DNA of 64,000 nucleotides, taken from the NCBI GenBank assembly GCA_963737905.1, contig CAVTUQ010000022.1, positions 64,001 through 128,000 of the forward strand, given 5' to 3'. Positions 30,926 to 41,660 of the stretch are shown piece after piece. Source of the DNA: an uncultured delta proteobacterium. Lineage in GTDB: Bacteria > Desulfobacterota > Binatia > UBA9968. Below the pieces are notes generated by a model, which ran no database searches, had not been told where the DNA came from, and was given only the letters and a program-made list of their open reading frames with translations. Both the position numbers and the translations under genes were made by a program. Positions within the stretch are counted from its first letter, which is position 1, and the number at the start of each line of letters is the position of its first letter.

Positions 30926-31327
30926 GGCAGCTCGCTCCTGGGCGCAGTTGGTTATCCACTTTGATTATGATCTCTAAGTTATTGTTTCATCCTTTCTCCA
31001 TGGGCTTCTAAGGCCGACGGAACATACTTGCGAGTGCGTGTGTTGTCAAGATGGCCCCCCCAAGGCCGGTTCAAAAGGCAAGTTTTGAACTCGTTGCGGA
31101 GCCATGCATGATGGAAGCGGGTTCTATAATCTTTAAAACGGCAGATTAAGTGGTGGCTGCCAAATTACTTGAAACCTTGACGAATTTTAGCAAAATGAGC
31201 TTGACGAGCGAAAGTGCATAGTGGGAGAATGCGCCCGAATCTCGGAACAGCAATAGCTGATCGATTTGTAAAGCCTGCAGGAAGGTAGGCTCCGGTCAAA
31301 ACAATTCGGCAAAGGAGGCTAGTTGTT

Positions 31328-32146
31328 ATGTCGATTGTAACTATTTCTCACGCTCCATACAGCGGCGGTAGCGAGATCGCTGAAAAATTGGCCGCGGTTT
31401 TGAATTTCAGATGTGTTGATCGTGAAGTTCTGCTAGAAGCCAGCCGTCGTTATGGCATTCCCGAAGCCAAATACACGGAGGTTCTCGAGGCGGAAGGCCA
31501 TTGGTGGGAGCGATGGATGGAGAGCCTGCGACTGTATCGAATCACGCTCCAAGCGGCCATGTGCGAGGTGGCGCAAGGGGGTCGACTGATTTACTACGGC
31601 CGAGCAGGTCAAGAGCTTTTTCCTGGGGTACGGCATGTCCTGAAGGTTTTGATCGTTGCTCCCATGGAGTATCGGATACAGGAAGTAAAAGTACGAAAAG
31701 GCCTCGAGGGGGAAAACGCAAGACACTTTGTTCGTGAACTCGACCGGGTTCGGGGCCGCAGGCTAAGGGCACTATTCAATACGGATTGGCAAGATCCGGT
31801 GGGCTACGATCTCGTCATAAACAGCTCTAGAATACATACGGATAGTGCTGCGCATTTGATCAGTGAGACAGTGGGCAGGGAAGAATTTCAGCCCACACCG
31901 CAATCTGAAAAAGCCTTTCAGGATCTTATGATGACGGCGCGGGTACAGGCCGCGCTCATAACGTCGCCGAAAACACGCAACATTATTCTCAACGTCCACA
32001 GCGACGGAGGACAGGTCAATATCTCGGGTATTCTTGCCGACCCGGACCTCGAGACAGAGATCGCACGCATTGCGAAAGGTGTGGCAGGCGTCACCCAAGT
32101 TACGACCGACATCGAGCCGCCGCCCATTGAATATATGCATCCTTAA
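31328..32146 (+). CDS. Cytidylate-kinase-like family protein with a C-terminal BON domain
   Basis: IVTISH..YSGG.EIA, GRAG, D..R, YDLVINS; BON-like tail GVAGVTQV. Confidence 0.85.
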   Translation: MSIVTISHAPYSGGSEIAEKLAAVLNFRCVDREVLLEASRRYGIPEAKYTEVLEAEGHWWERWMESLRLYRITLQAAMCEVAQGGRLIYYGRAGQELFPGVRHVLKVLIVAPMEYRIQEVKVRKGLEGENARHFVRELDRVRGRRLRALFNTDWQDPVGYDLVINSSRIHTDSAAHLISETVGREEFQPTPQSEKAFQDLMMTARVQAALITSPKTRNIILNVHSDGGQVNISGILADPDLETEIARIAKGVAGVTQVTTDIEPPPIEYMHP

Positions 32147-32368
32147 TCGTTCCAATCATTTCCTCGCGGCGGCTGTGTATTGTTCTCGATTCACACAACC
32201 ACCCTAGTCTTGAGTAATAACTGGCGAGCAACGAGCAAGGGACAAGTCGTCCGGATCGAATTATCCGGTCTAGTGTCAGGCGGAATTTTCTTAGCTTTTG
32301 GTTTTGTGCTATCGTCGGAGGTCTTGATAGAGCCATTTGCCGATAACGATCTTAAAGACGCGCGGTAC

Positions 32369-32847
32369 ATGCGTGTAGCCTTGGACGAGGCAAACAAAGC
32401 CGCAGCCAGTGGAGAGGTGCCGGTGGGTGCCGTTGTCGTTTGTCGAAGGCGAAATCATCGGGAAAGACCACAACCGGCGGGAAGAGCTGCAGCAGCGCGT
32501 TGGCACATGCAGAACTGCTGGCTATAGAACGGGCCTCTCGTCATCGTGGTCGTTGGCGGTTGTCCGATTGCCAGCTTTACGTAACCCTCGAACCGTGTGT
32601 CATGTGTGTGGGAGCCATCGTGCAGGCCCGGATCGGGCGGCTTGTTTTTGGCTGTCTTGATCCTAAAGGGGGGGCGGTGGAATCCCTGTATCAACTCTGC
32701 GACGATATTCGCCTTAATCACCGGCTGCCGGTTGCAGGTGGGATGCTCTCTGGAGATTGTTCCGCAATGCTTGAGGACTTTTTTAGCCGCTTGAGGCAGA
32801 AGAAACGGGACCTAACAAAAAGCGGAGAGGTGGCCGAGCCCGGCTGA
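32369..32847 (+). CDS. tadA: tRNA adenosine(34) deaminase (frame breaks near 32445-32495)
   Basis: GEVPVGAVVV, AHAE, LYVTLEPCVMC, DPKGGA, LNH, FF..LR. Confidence 0.92.
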
Positions 32848-32915
32848 AGGCGCTTGACTCGAAATCAAGTTCACCCGGAAGGGTGACGGGGGTTCAAATC
32901 CCTCCCTCTCCGCCA
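32824..32915 (+). tRNA. tRNA-Ser (anticodon CGA)
   Basis: GGAGAGG/CCTCTCC, CTTGA-CTCGAAA-TCAAG, long variable arm, CCA. Confidence 0.97.
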
Positions 32916-33056
32916 AACCTTAAATAGGCGATTTAGCGTGAGTTTACCCCGGTTTCTTGATACCCAGTGAAAAGCCTGTGCAAGAGAAATCAACTTCCCC
33001 TTACCCTCGTAAAGTGCCCTTTTGTGAAGGAATTTGAAGGAACTTTTAGATACACG

Positions 33057-33845
33057 TTAAGCCGTTTCTCCTTTTAGCGGAATAACCTTCCGATTCTCCG
33101 CCTCTTTCTTTAGGTGCTCCTGGACGCGGTTCATGCTGTCGGTTAAGTCCTGATCGTCACGGATGTTGTAGCGCTCGTAAACACTTCTAGTTAGATGGCC
33201 CGACAGCATCATCCCGTCACCCTCGGACAGCCCCGCCTTGCGGAAGTTTCTCACCGCGCTGCGCCTGATATCGTGAGGCAATAAGCCCTCGTAGCCGATC
33301 TCCTTGGCCGCCGCCTTGAATGCTTTGCGAAACGATTTTATTGCCTTTCCGGCTCGGTGAAACACATACTGACAGTCTAGCGCCTTAGCTTCTGCCTCCG
33401 CTCGATAACGTCCATCAGTGTGCCGACGATTGGAAACGATCTGTCTTTTTGTTCTTGGCGATCTCCTTCGGGACCCTGATCATATTGCCGTCAATCCACG
33501 ACCACTGAAACGCCTTGGCTTCGATCGAACGCCAACCGGCATGATAGAGAAACTCTACAATGTCCCGCACGTCTCCACCCTCGATCTTCTCCAGCAAGGC
33601 GTCGAACTCAGCCATGTTAATGAACCCCTTGCGAACGTTTGTGTCATCATAGAGCTTGATTAACGGCACTGTGGAGATCATCCGCTTTTCTAGCATCAGC
33701 TCAAAGCCACGCCGTAGACAAGCAAGCTCGTAATTGATCGAGGCCCTGGCGGCTTTGGCCTTGAGCCGCTTGTCCCCGTAGTCCGCGATCTTCTATGAAG
33801 TGATGTCGATCACGCGATAGAATTTGAAGGCATCCTCGGCCTCCA
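33057..33845 (-). pseudogene. Tyrosine integrase (fragmented, N-terminus missing)
   Basis: SINYELACLRR, GWR..E, HDIRRS, SGH, YERY catalytic motifs across three frames. Confidence 0.88.
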
Positions 33846-34021
33846 GGTGCTTGCTTTTCGCGCTTTAACTCTTCCACCTGTGCGGGCAAGTCGCGAATTG
33901 TCCGCCGTAGTGCGTCGCGCTGACTTTCGAGATCTGCGATTTCCGCCGTAGCCAAAATCGCTGGAGCGAAATCTTTGAGGGGCGCGAGTGCCTTTCTAAT
34001 TTGATCGCTTGTCATTGTCAT
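33845..34021 (-). CDS. Coiled-coil hypothetical protein, truncated and fused to the integrase remnant
   Basis: SD AAAGGA; heptad-like DLESQRDALRRTIRDL..QVEELKREK. Confidence 0.4.
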
Positions 34022-34243
34022 GTTAAAAATTCCTTTTTACTGGGGTTAATGGTTTAATATTTCCGCTTCCCTTGCCCGGCCAACGGGCGACGGTGTCAGC
34101 GCCGCCCTAGCCGAAACGAAAGGAAAGTCAATTTACCCCTGCTCATCCGCCGTCGTCACTTCCGCGATAACTTCCGGCCCGATCGATCGGGTTCCGTAAC
34201 TTGTAACACCTCATCCCCGGCGAAAACTCCCCGCTGAAGATCG

Positions 34244-35864
34244 CTACGTCAAACTTGCCGTCGGGGTAGCTGAAGGTGACGAGTTTTTCGATCGGGAGAG
34301 GCGGCAGCGGCGGGAGATTCCCCCCAACTCTCTGGAAATTGTTACCAGTCGGTCACCACCTCTGGCGAAATGTATCTTCCAACCTAGTAATGTGAGATTC
34401 GGGCGAACCTCACGCAACTTTTTACCCAGTGCCGCCGGTGTCGATGGCAACTGTTTCTCTTGGATCTGTAGGGACGACACATGTCCCTTAAGAGCTGCGT
34501 GTAGGTCATGGGGTTGACCGGACCATTCTGATTTATCCTTGAGCCAATCGAGGAGAACGGTAGCGACCACCGACTCCGCCACCGCTTCGGAATTTTGCCG
34601 ACCAACGTTTACCTTGTAATCGGCCAAGAATTGCTTAACATCGCCGGTCGCCGCCATTGCCCAGCGAGCAAAGTCCGCCATGCGCGGCAATCAAGGACTT
34701 TTTACATTGTCATACTCTCTGATCGCGCCCTGGAGAGCTGCGTAAAGATCGCGCCCAGGATCGCGGGGCGCTTCGGATGGAAGTCTTTCCACAACTCTAG
34801 TTCCTCGCGCCGACCATCATCGGAGATACGGTCGAGCTGGATTAAGAGACTTCTATCGAGTAGATCGGGCTTGCTGATTGCGACATTGATACCATTGAAC
34901 AGTAGAGCGGGGCGGTAGCTATATATAATGTCGTCATCGTCGGTAAAGAGCTGTCGTTTCGTGAATCCGTCGCCGGTGATCGCGCAACACAAAAGATCCG
35001 AAAGCCAAACGGGTAAACTTGACACGTTGTCAAGAACCGCCGCGTATCTGTGGGCTAATGCTTGCACAAGCTCAGATGCATCCCGCGTGCGCAAACATGG
35101 AGTTGAACTCGGCTCAACAAGTTCAAGTAACATTTTCTCCGCGGTGGTTTTGGCGCTTCCCTGATCGCCGTACACAACAAGCATTGGGCGCGGGATGTTT
35201 GGAACGTACGCCGTTACTAGCCACGACTCCATGAGTCTCCGGTCCGCTTCCTCTCTGACGTTAATAAAATCCCAAATCGCACTGAGATTCCCGCCCTGGA
35301 CCGGCTCGGCTTGCGCGAGCGTATTTGAGTACCGACGAAACCTAACCGGAGGCTCACTGATTATCTCCCAGCACGGCCGCATCTATTTTCACTGCACGCC
35401 ACTCACTGTCCGCGAGGTCGTAATAGAGGGCATCCTCATACCATGCCGCCCTGAACTAAACTTCTCGTTCGTCGCCTTCACATGCCGCTTTTGCTTCAAA
35501 TACATTCAACGCTGACTGCATCGCTTCGCTGTTCGGGGCTTTTCTGGTTGCGCGATAGAATCTACTCGTGATCCATCGCCGCGTTGCCCTTGATCGAATC
35601 GGCCAGGTTTCATCGTGATCGCCGATTGAGAAACTGATAAATTGCTCATCTGTCGGCGTGTGAAAAAACTCCGCGCCCGAATCCTCGATAATCTTGACCA
35701 GCAGATCCGCCTGACTCTCGCGTCTCTCCTTTTTCTCGCTCCCAGAGGCTTCGGTATTTTTGCCGCCCGTGCCGTTGGTCTCGCAGGCCGTTTAACTCGA
35801 GCCCAACTTGCTCGACGGCGTCAACAATATCGGGATTGTCTCGGGCGATCGCGTCGGAGGTCAT
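34244..35864 (-). CDS. Phage/plasmid primase-associated P-loop ATPase/helicase (fragmented)
   Basis: GDQGSAKT Walker A, AVLDN Walker B, FNGI, DLLDR, RMADF, LGKKLRE..P.L. Confidence 0.78.
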
Positions 35865-36375
35865 AACTCGATCCCCTCGGTAATCGCTTCAATCGTGGAC
35901 CGGATCGATAGGAGGTCCGCAGCATTGCGCGAGATGTCCAAGTCCTCGTAAAGGTCGCGGCGAAGGATCGCTCGCGGAGAAAGGATTCAGCTAATTCGAT
36001 GTCGTGGATATCGTCGGCAAGGTCGATCTGTTCAAGAACGTCGCCCAACAATAGATTGATCTTACGCCGCTGCTCGCGCATCTATGCCGCTGCCGACTCT
36101 GCGGCTCGACGTTGCGCTGCGGTAACTATAGGTCGGTAATTTGGCTTTGTGTCTATGCCAAGGATGGAAAGCGCTTCCTTGAAGGAAACCTTCTCGGCTA
36201 TCTCGATGAACCTGATAACATCACCGCCACTTGCACACGGATCGCAATACCAGAGTTGCTTGTCCGGATTCACCCGCAAGCTCGGGCGGCGGTCATTGTG
36301 ACATAATGCTAAGCCGAAGAACTCCCGGCCGAATTTTCTGAGCGAAGTATAGCGCGATATGATTTCGATTGGTCA
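35821..36375 (-). CDS. CHC2 zinc-finger (DnaG-N-like) protein, fragmented
   Basis: CHNDRRPS..VNPDKQLWYCDPCASGGDVIRF....VSFKEAL. Confidence 0.82.
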
Positions 36376-36447
36376 TCTGTGCCTCTCTGATTTCTGACCG
36401 CCTCGAAGTCGTGCCTCGGGCGTTCGCATTTTAAGACTTCAACCATT

Positions 36448-36690
36448 TTAGTCCGCTGCCGAGGGCGCGGGGTGTTGTGCTGATGATTTTGCAGCCAACG
36501 CCCTAACGTCGCTTTCCTTAAACAGACGCCTACCGCTGGCGGTTCTTATCGCAGCGAGCTTCCCTTCTTTCTCATACCAGCGCACCGTCTGCTCGCTCTT
36601 GCAAAGTATCTTCGCCGCGTCATTGACCATTAACAGAGTCTCCATCGTGGCCACCCTCCTTTTTTGTTTGCTGCGTTGCTTTTCAGACAT
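36448..36690 (-). CDS. MerR-type HTH / excisionase-like protein
   Basis: DAAKIL..SEQTVRWYEKEGKL..IRTASGRRLF...DV. Confidence 0.85.
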   Translation of the reverse strand: MSEKQRSKQKRRVATMETLLMVNDAAKILCKSEQTVRWYEKEGKLAAIRTASGRRLFKESDVRALAAKSSAQHPAPSAAD

Positions 36691-36766
36691 CTTGAGTCTA
36701 ATATTAGTAGCAAGTCACAGGGATTCTAACATATGCCCGCTACGGTGATTTGAAAAAAAACAACGA

Positions 36767-37504
36767 ATGACCCGAACATTAGAAGATTTGAAGGTCCTAG
36801 TGGGCTTCCTGAACAACGAACCAGTTCGAATCGTTCACGCTCCGGTGGGGGAGTTTGCGCTCCTTAGAGATTGGTACCACAGCACCCGACTAAAGGCCGC
36901 TTACAACACATTGCGCTATGCGCTCACGGATTTACTCGCGCCTACCGTGGCAATACCACGAACATGGAAATCCGCAATGCGCAAGAAGCAGACTGCCTTT
37001 ATGAGTTACTATCGTCCAAAGGTTGGCCTAAAAGTGCTTTTGGACGAGCTGAACAAACACGCAGAAAAACCACGTTGGCGAGGAATCCCGACTACCAAGC
37101 AGTTTGCGAGGATCTCGGTACCTGGATTCACTGGCGCAATCGTAAAGCGGGAATTTTCTAACTTAGTCTGGCAAACAATCGCAAACCTACTCGAAAGCGG
37201 TGACATTTTCTTGATCGGCCTCTGTTCGATATGCGAGACATTTTTCGTGAAGAACCGCGACTGGCAAAAGTGTTGCCCCAAAGCATCCTGCCGGAAAACG
37301 CACGAGCACCGACTCGCGGCCGATAGGCAAGCGCGGGTGCGAAGAAAAAGAAAAGCAAAATTGACTGCGGTTTATGATATAAGGCCGCATGGCCAAAAAG
37401 TACACCATGACCGAGGCCGCCAAACATCTCGGGATCAGCCACGCGGCACAAACCTGAAAGCGTTAAGGGAATTGCAAAAGAAGGCTAAAGCGAAACCGAA
37501 GTAG
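36767..37504 (+). CDS. Divergent putative regulator with a CGNR-like zinc finger
   Basis: CSICETFFV.....QKCC...SCR followed by a basic tail; divergent from the HTH gene. Confidence 0.6.
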   Translation: MTRTLEDLKVLVGFLNNEPVRIVHAPVGEFALLRDWYHSTRLKAAYNTLRYALTDLLAPTVAIPRTWKSAMRKKQTAFMSYYRPKVGLKVLLDELNKHAEKPRWRGIPTTKQFARISVPGFTGAIVKREFSNLVWQTIANLLESGDIFLIGLCSICETFFVKNRDWQKCCPKASCRKTHEHRLAADRQARVRRKRKAKLTAVYDIRPHGQKVHHDRGRQTSRDQPRGTNLKALRELQKKAKAKPK

Positions 37505-37543
37505 AAAAGTAAAAGGCGCTTCCGGCGGTTGCGCTAACAACCG

Positions 37544-39106
37544 TTGATCCAAAAAAGCGCCCGACATGCTGGAACAGTTGCGACAGCTGTTTCTCTCTTT
37601 CCACAACGAACTGGAATTGCGCTGAGGACAGTGTTCATCAAGACACTTGTATTTGGTCTCTTGGCCGCTGTGCTGCTGCTCATTTATTCCCCGGTGTGGC
37701 GCACCGACTATGCAAGCGCGGACGATTTCTCCATGCTTGCGCATCACCTGCTTGGAATGATGGCTGCCCAACAAATACTCAGCATTGCGGGAGGCCGTCC
37801 GACAGATGCGTTGCTTACGAGTTTTGCCCTTGCTTTTGTGAACAGGATTGAAGACCTGTGGTGTCTCCGTCTCGTCAGCGTTATAGGCATCACGCTTCTC
37901 GCATGGAGTCTGTGTCAAACGCTGAGGAAGGCCGGATGGGATATCTGGGCGTCTGTTTCTTTAGCCCTGATCATCTGTACCATGCCAGCTTTTCAGCAAT
38001 ATGCGGCATGGATGGTCTTAGCGTTTGCGTCTTTTGCCGCCCTTTGTGCAGGTGGAGCAGTGTCTTTCGCCGAGCAATCCTTTGCGGAGTCGCGCCGATT
38101 GCGAAAATGGACGCTTGCAGCTGGTGCGAGCCTGCTCGAGCTGATCGCACTGACGATATATCAGCCGGCGGCCATGTTCTTCTGGGTTTTTGCTGCGCTT
38201 GTACTGTTCAAGCCAGGACGGACGCTGCCAGATTTCTTCCGTCGGGTGTTATGGCACGGCTCTGTCATGGGTGTCGGTCTCGTGCTTGGGTTTGCCACGT
38301 ACAAGCTCGGCTTGGCTTTCTATGGTGACAAACTCGCGCCTCTTCGGTCTGCCTTGGTCACCGATGTGGTGGAGAAAATATATTGGTTCATCCACGAGCC
38401 ACTACTGACGGCTTTGAACCTTGCCAACCTCGTGCCCCGCGGTTGGCTTGCTGGATGTGTTGCGCTCTTCATTACCGGGGGTCTAGCCGGATATTTTCAG
38501 GGCACCGCCAAAGAGCGACTTGGTCAGTCCTTGGTCGCCTTCTTCTTTCTTCCCCTCAGTTACTTGCCCAATTTGGTTGTCGCAGAGAGTTGGGCTTCCT
38601 ATCGTACTCAGGTAGCGTTGACCTCTTTGCTTGTTGTCTACGTGTGTTTTGCTTTGTGGAGTTATGGGCAAATGTGCTGTCGCCTGGCTGCGCCGATAGT
38701 GCTCCGTATCACACTTGGCTTTGCTGCTCTGAGTGCGTGTCTGGGCGCGGCCTATAACGTGCACGCCTATTTTACTGCGCCTTTGGCCGTTGAGTTAACC
38801 GTCCTTCGTGAATACTTGACCCAGCAGAACCTGGCTACGGTGCGGCACATTTATGTTATTGGTTCCAGACCGGAAGACTCCCTGGCGCCGGGGGTCCGGT
38901 ACGATGACTTTGGTCGCCCTTTTTCATCGAGCCCATGGGGCGCGTGGTCCGCAATCTATGTCGTACTCCGTGAGATAAACCCTGAGCACGCTAACTTCTC
39001 TTTTGAAACCGTCCTGCCTGATGATGCCATTCAGCCGCGCTCGGATGCCCTGGTTGTGGATATGTCAAGGCTTTTAGGGACAGCCAAGGGAAACGAGGGA
39101 AGATAA
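37544..39106 (+). CDS. GtrII-like (Glucos_trans_II) multi-TM glycosyltransferase
   Basis: N-terminal TM, DD then GRP motif, IYQ, many TM helices. Confidence 0.75.
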   Translation: MIQKSARHAGTVATAVSLFPQRTGIALRTVFIKTLVFGLLAAVLLLIYSPVWRTDYASADDFSMLAHHLLGMMAAQQILSIAGGRPTDALLTSFALAFVNRIEDLWCLRLVSVIGITLLAWSLCQTLRKAGWDIWASVSLALIICTMPAFQQYAAWMVLAFASFAALCAGGAVSFAEQSFAESRRLRKWTLAAGASLLELIALTIYQPAAMFFWVFAALVLFKPGRTLPDFFRRVLWHGSVMGVGLVLGFATYKLGLAFYGDKLAPLRSALVTDVVEKIYWFIHEPLLTALNLANLVPRGWLAGCVALFITGGLAGYFQGTAKERLGQSLVAFFFLPLSYLPNLVVAESWASYRTQVALTSLLVVYVCFALWSYGQMCCRLAAPIVLRITLGFAALSACLGAAYNVHAYFTAPLAVELTVLREYLTQQNLATVRHIYVIGSRPEDSLAPGVRYDDFGRPFSSSPWGAWSAIYVVLREINPEHANFSFETVLPDDAIQPRSDALVVDMSRLLGTAKGNEGR

Positions 39107-39107
39107 T

Positions 39108-39290
39108 TTAAGTTTTTCCTCCTAATGGCCGTCTCTTGTGCGGTGAATTGATCGAACCGTGATTGAAAGTCAGCCCCGCCATGTTTCCACGCCTTTTGAT
39201 GGCGGCTCGCATATTGGCAGCTAAGACGATGAATTTTGACGCCCTGTCGTCGTTATGGCTGCGAAAGCTCACGATGTAGACCTTAGCCAC
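39108..39290 (-). CDS. Small hypothetical protein, paralog of 17098-17253
   Basis: MAKVYIVSFRSHNDDRASKFIVLAANMRAAI; DNA similarity over about 190 bp. Confidence 0.55.
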   Translation of the reverse strand: MAKVYIVSFRSHNDDRASKFIVLAANMRAAIKRRGNMAGLTFNHGSINSPHKRRPLGGKT

Positions 39291-39508
39291 AGCGGGCGTG
39301 AAAATAGCGAGAAAACAGGAGGGAGTGCAACACCCAAGAGCCGGGTTCGCGCCCGGTCTCCCGCGCCGTCAAGGTTTCGTTTTGGACTATGGCCTTGAGA
39401 AACTAAACTATCGCGGAGACGACCGTTCGTCGTATTTGACGACCCCTATTTCGGCCGCGGCAGATGGGCACGCATTTACCTATCGCCCCGCGCTGACGGA
39501 CCATTGAT

Positions 39509-39814
39509 CTATTTTCTGCGGGTCACCCGAAGAATGGTGCCGTTCGCTTTGCCAAATTCTCCGGGATCGACCTGGTATTCGATCTCGATGACGGTGTCTT
39601 GGTTAAACGCGTCGCGTAGCAGGTCGAGCATCCCAGCGTGGGCGAAACGGTTGTTGTCGTTGCGCAGGGTGCAGCCAAATCCTCCGTCCCTTCCCTTTAC
39701 GCCGCAGACAACTTCGATGTCGATAAAATCCGAGGGCGGTCCGAAACCGGTGCCAACCTCATGAACACGGAGGAAGGCGAGTTTGCCGGTGGCAACTCTG
39801 ATCTCTGTAGCCAT
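39509..39814 (-). CDS. Hypothetical protein
   Basis: SD AAAGGAG; 101-aa ORF, LRVHEVGTGFGPPSDFIDIEV. Confidence 0.7.
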   Translation of the reverse strand: MATEIRVATGKLAFLRVHEVGTGFGPPSDFIDIEVVCGVKGRDGGFGCTLRNDNNRFAHAGMLDLLRDAFNQDTVIEIEYQVDPGEFGKANGTILRVTRRK

Positions 39815-39978
39815 TTGAGTATCTCCTTTTCTACTCAGTTATAACGCAACCGTCATGCCATCCGAGAATTGAAACTCGGATGCGCTATTCCTCAGGAAAT
39901 TCAAAACTATACACAGTCACTGGAGGGAAGGTTGGTCTCAAAAGGAGTGTCCAAATAGATATAGGGGAGTAAAAAAAA

Positions 39979-41247
39979 TCACACCTCTGGGCCACAGCCG
40001 GCGGAAAATACCGAGAAAAGAGGGGGAGAGTAAGGGGGCGTATGGCCCCTCTTTTTACTTGCGTCCCGGTCGAGGCCGGTATATGCAGGATTTGTCATGC
40101 TGATTTTCCATTGTTCCGTCTGTAACGTCTGGGCCGAGCGCGCCATCTGATAGGGGTCGACGAGGATCTTCTCAATGCGGGCGTTGGGGTTACTGTAGAC
40201 ACGCCTTAGATAGAACTCGACCGAAGCCTCGAGGTTGATCGGCTGCCCGGGTAAAGGCTTCCAAATCTTGTAGTCTGCCAGCAGCAACTGATCGCTCTCC
40301 TCCGCATACTTGAGACAAACGACAGCGGCATTGTCCTTCCGAACCGCGGCGTCGACACCGATGAAGAGGCTCCCGGATAGATCGGGATGGCCGTCCACGA
40401 CACAGGCGTCGTAGGTCTGTTCGTCGATGAACCGACTCTCGGATGATACCCACTGGTTTTGATGCAGCCGCTGAAACGTTGCCGCCCGAAGGGTCCGCCT
40501 CTGGGCGTCGTAATACGCCGGGGTCTGCCATGGCATACGGGCCTCATGGTCCCAATAGCAAAAGATCCTTGCTTCACGATTGACGTAGATCGGCAAAGTT
40601 GGATGAATGCGCTCTCCCTGGCCTTCGGGATGCTCGTCCTTGCCTACGGCCTTCTTGTAGAGGTCCATCAAAAGCTCCGACTCGCCCTCAAAGCCTGCAT
40701 AGATCGCGATGAACTTGACAGAGTTTTTGCGGGTCGGGACGCTGGTCAGCTCTTCAAACAATCGCCGCCCGTTCTCGGAGGTCACCGCCCAAATTTCTTC
40801 GTAAGAAACCCACCCATGATTGCTACCTGAGGCGCCCTGATAATCCGAGCTGATACGCGTGATGGTTGACCCATTGGCTAGAAAGATATTTTTCTGCTGG
40901 ACCTCGCATTCGGCTTGAAGCTCCGGGTTGTAGGTGATGAGTTTTTCGCAGGAGGCGAACGCCCTCGCCTTTGATTGTTCCAGATCGTTGGCCGCCAATA
41001 TGAGTTCGTTCGGCGGCTCCTGGGTCAGAGCCCAATACAAAGTCAAAGCCGCGTTGATCGTGGTTTTCCCACTCTTCTTGGGACAGCTGTAGATAACCGT
41101 GTCGTAGGGCAGCCGGCCGTCCTCATCGAAGGCAAAGGCAAGATTCAAGATCTCTTCTTGAAACGGCATGAGCTTGAAGGGCTTACCGAGCTCGGACTCC
41201 TTGATCACACGGCGGATGAACTCTACAGGGGAAATGGTCTTCTTCAT
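39979..41247 (-). CDS. Phage terminase large subunit (C-terminus apparently truncated near 40110)
   Basis: LMPFQ, PKKSGKT Walker A, AANDLEQS, YEEIW Walker-B-like, RLHQNQW, IGVD and DPYQ nuclease motifs; the usual distal acidic motif is not seen. Confidence 0.88.
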   Translation of the reverse strand: MKKTISPVEFIRRVIKESELGKPFKLMPFQEEILNLAFAFDEDGRLPYDTVIYSCPKKSGKTTINAALTLYWALTQEPPNELILAANDLEQSKARAFASCEKLITYNPELQAECEVQQKNIFLANGSTITRISSDYQGASGSNHGWVSYEEIWAVTSENGRRLFEELTSVPTRKNSVKFIAIYAGFEGESELLMDLYKKAVGKDEHPEGQGERIHPTLPIYVNREARIFCYWDHEARMPWQTPAYYDAQRRTLRAATFQRLHQNQWVSSESRFIDEQTYDACVVDGHPDLSGSLFIGVDAAVRKDNAAVVCLKYAEESDQLLLADYKIWKPLPGQPINLEASVEFYLRRVYSNPNARIEKILVDPYQMARSAQTLQTEQWKISMTNPAYTGLDRDASKKRGHTPPYSPPLFSVFSAGCGPEV

Positions 41248-41341
41248 GGTCTAAATCGCTTCAGCGAAGGGGTTAAGTAGCCATAGGCTGTTTTTGTCCC
41301 GCTCCAAACTCAATGAAATCAAGCATCCAGCACCCCCCCGT

Positions 41342-41660
41342 TTAGGCTGCCTGTGACATCTTCCGCTGTACTCTTTTCCTGCATGCCGGTGAAGCCCACT
41401 TTTTTCGATCAAAGACAGCCTGCCCGCATCCACAAGCACTTGCGTCATGACGTCCTATCGAGTCTTGATGCAACATGGACGTGTAGAACTCCAAAACGCT
41501 ACGATGTGGAATCACCACAGCTGCACGCTGGGCTTGAAAGACACGATGAAAGAACTCTGACGGCCGCTCGATCTTGTTCGTGAAGCGCTCGGCTAAATAC
41601 TCCGGTGTGCGTCCGCGCCTACTTGCCAGCTTGGCGAAGTCGCCAAAGGTAACTTCCGTT
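41342..41660 (-). CDS. Unlisted ORF with a C-terminal CGCG...W-S-ACR zinc-finger-like motif
   Basis: Manual translation TEVTFGDFAKL...SACGCGQAVFDRKKWASPACRKRVQR; no clean start codon. Confidence 0.5.

Noticed and set aside
26723-31300. Autonomous integrative element at tRNA-Arg
   Set aside because: No integrase and no duplicated tRNA-Arg 3' end found; only an orphan HTH_17 gene.
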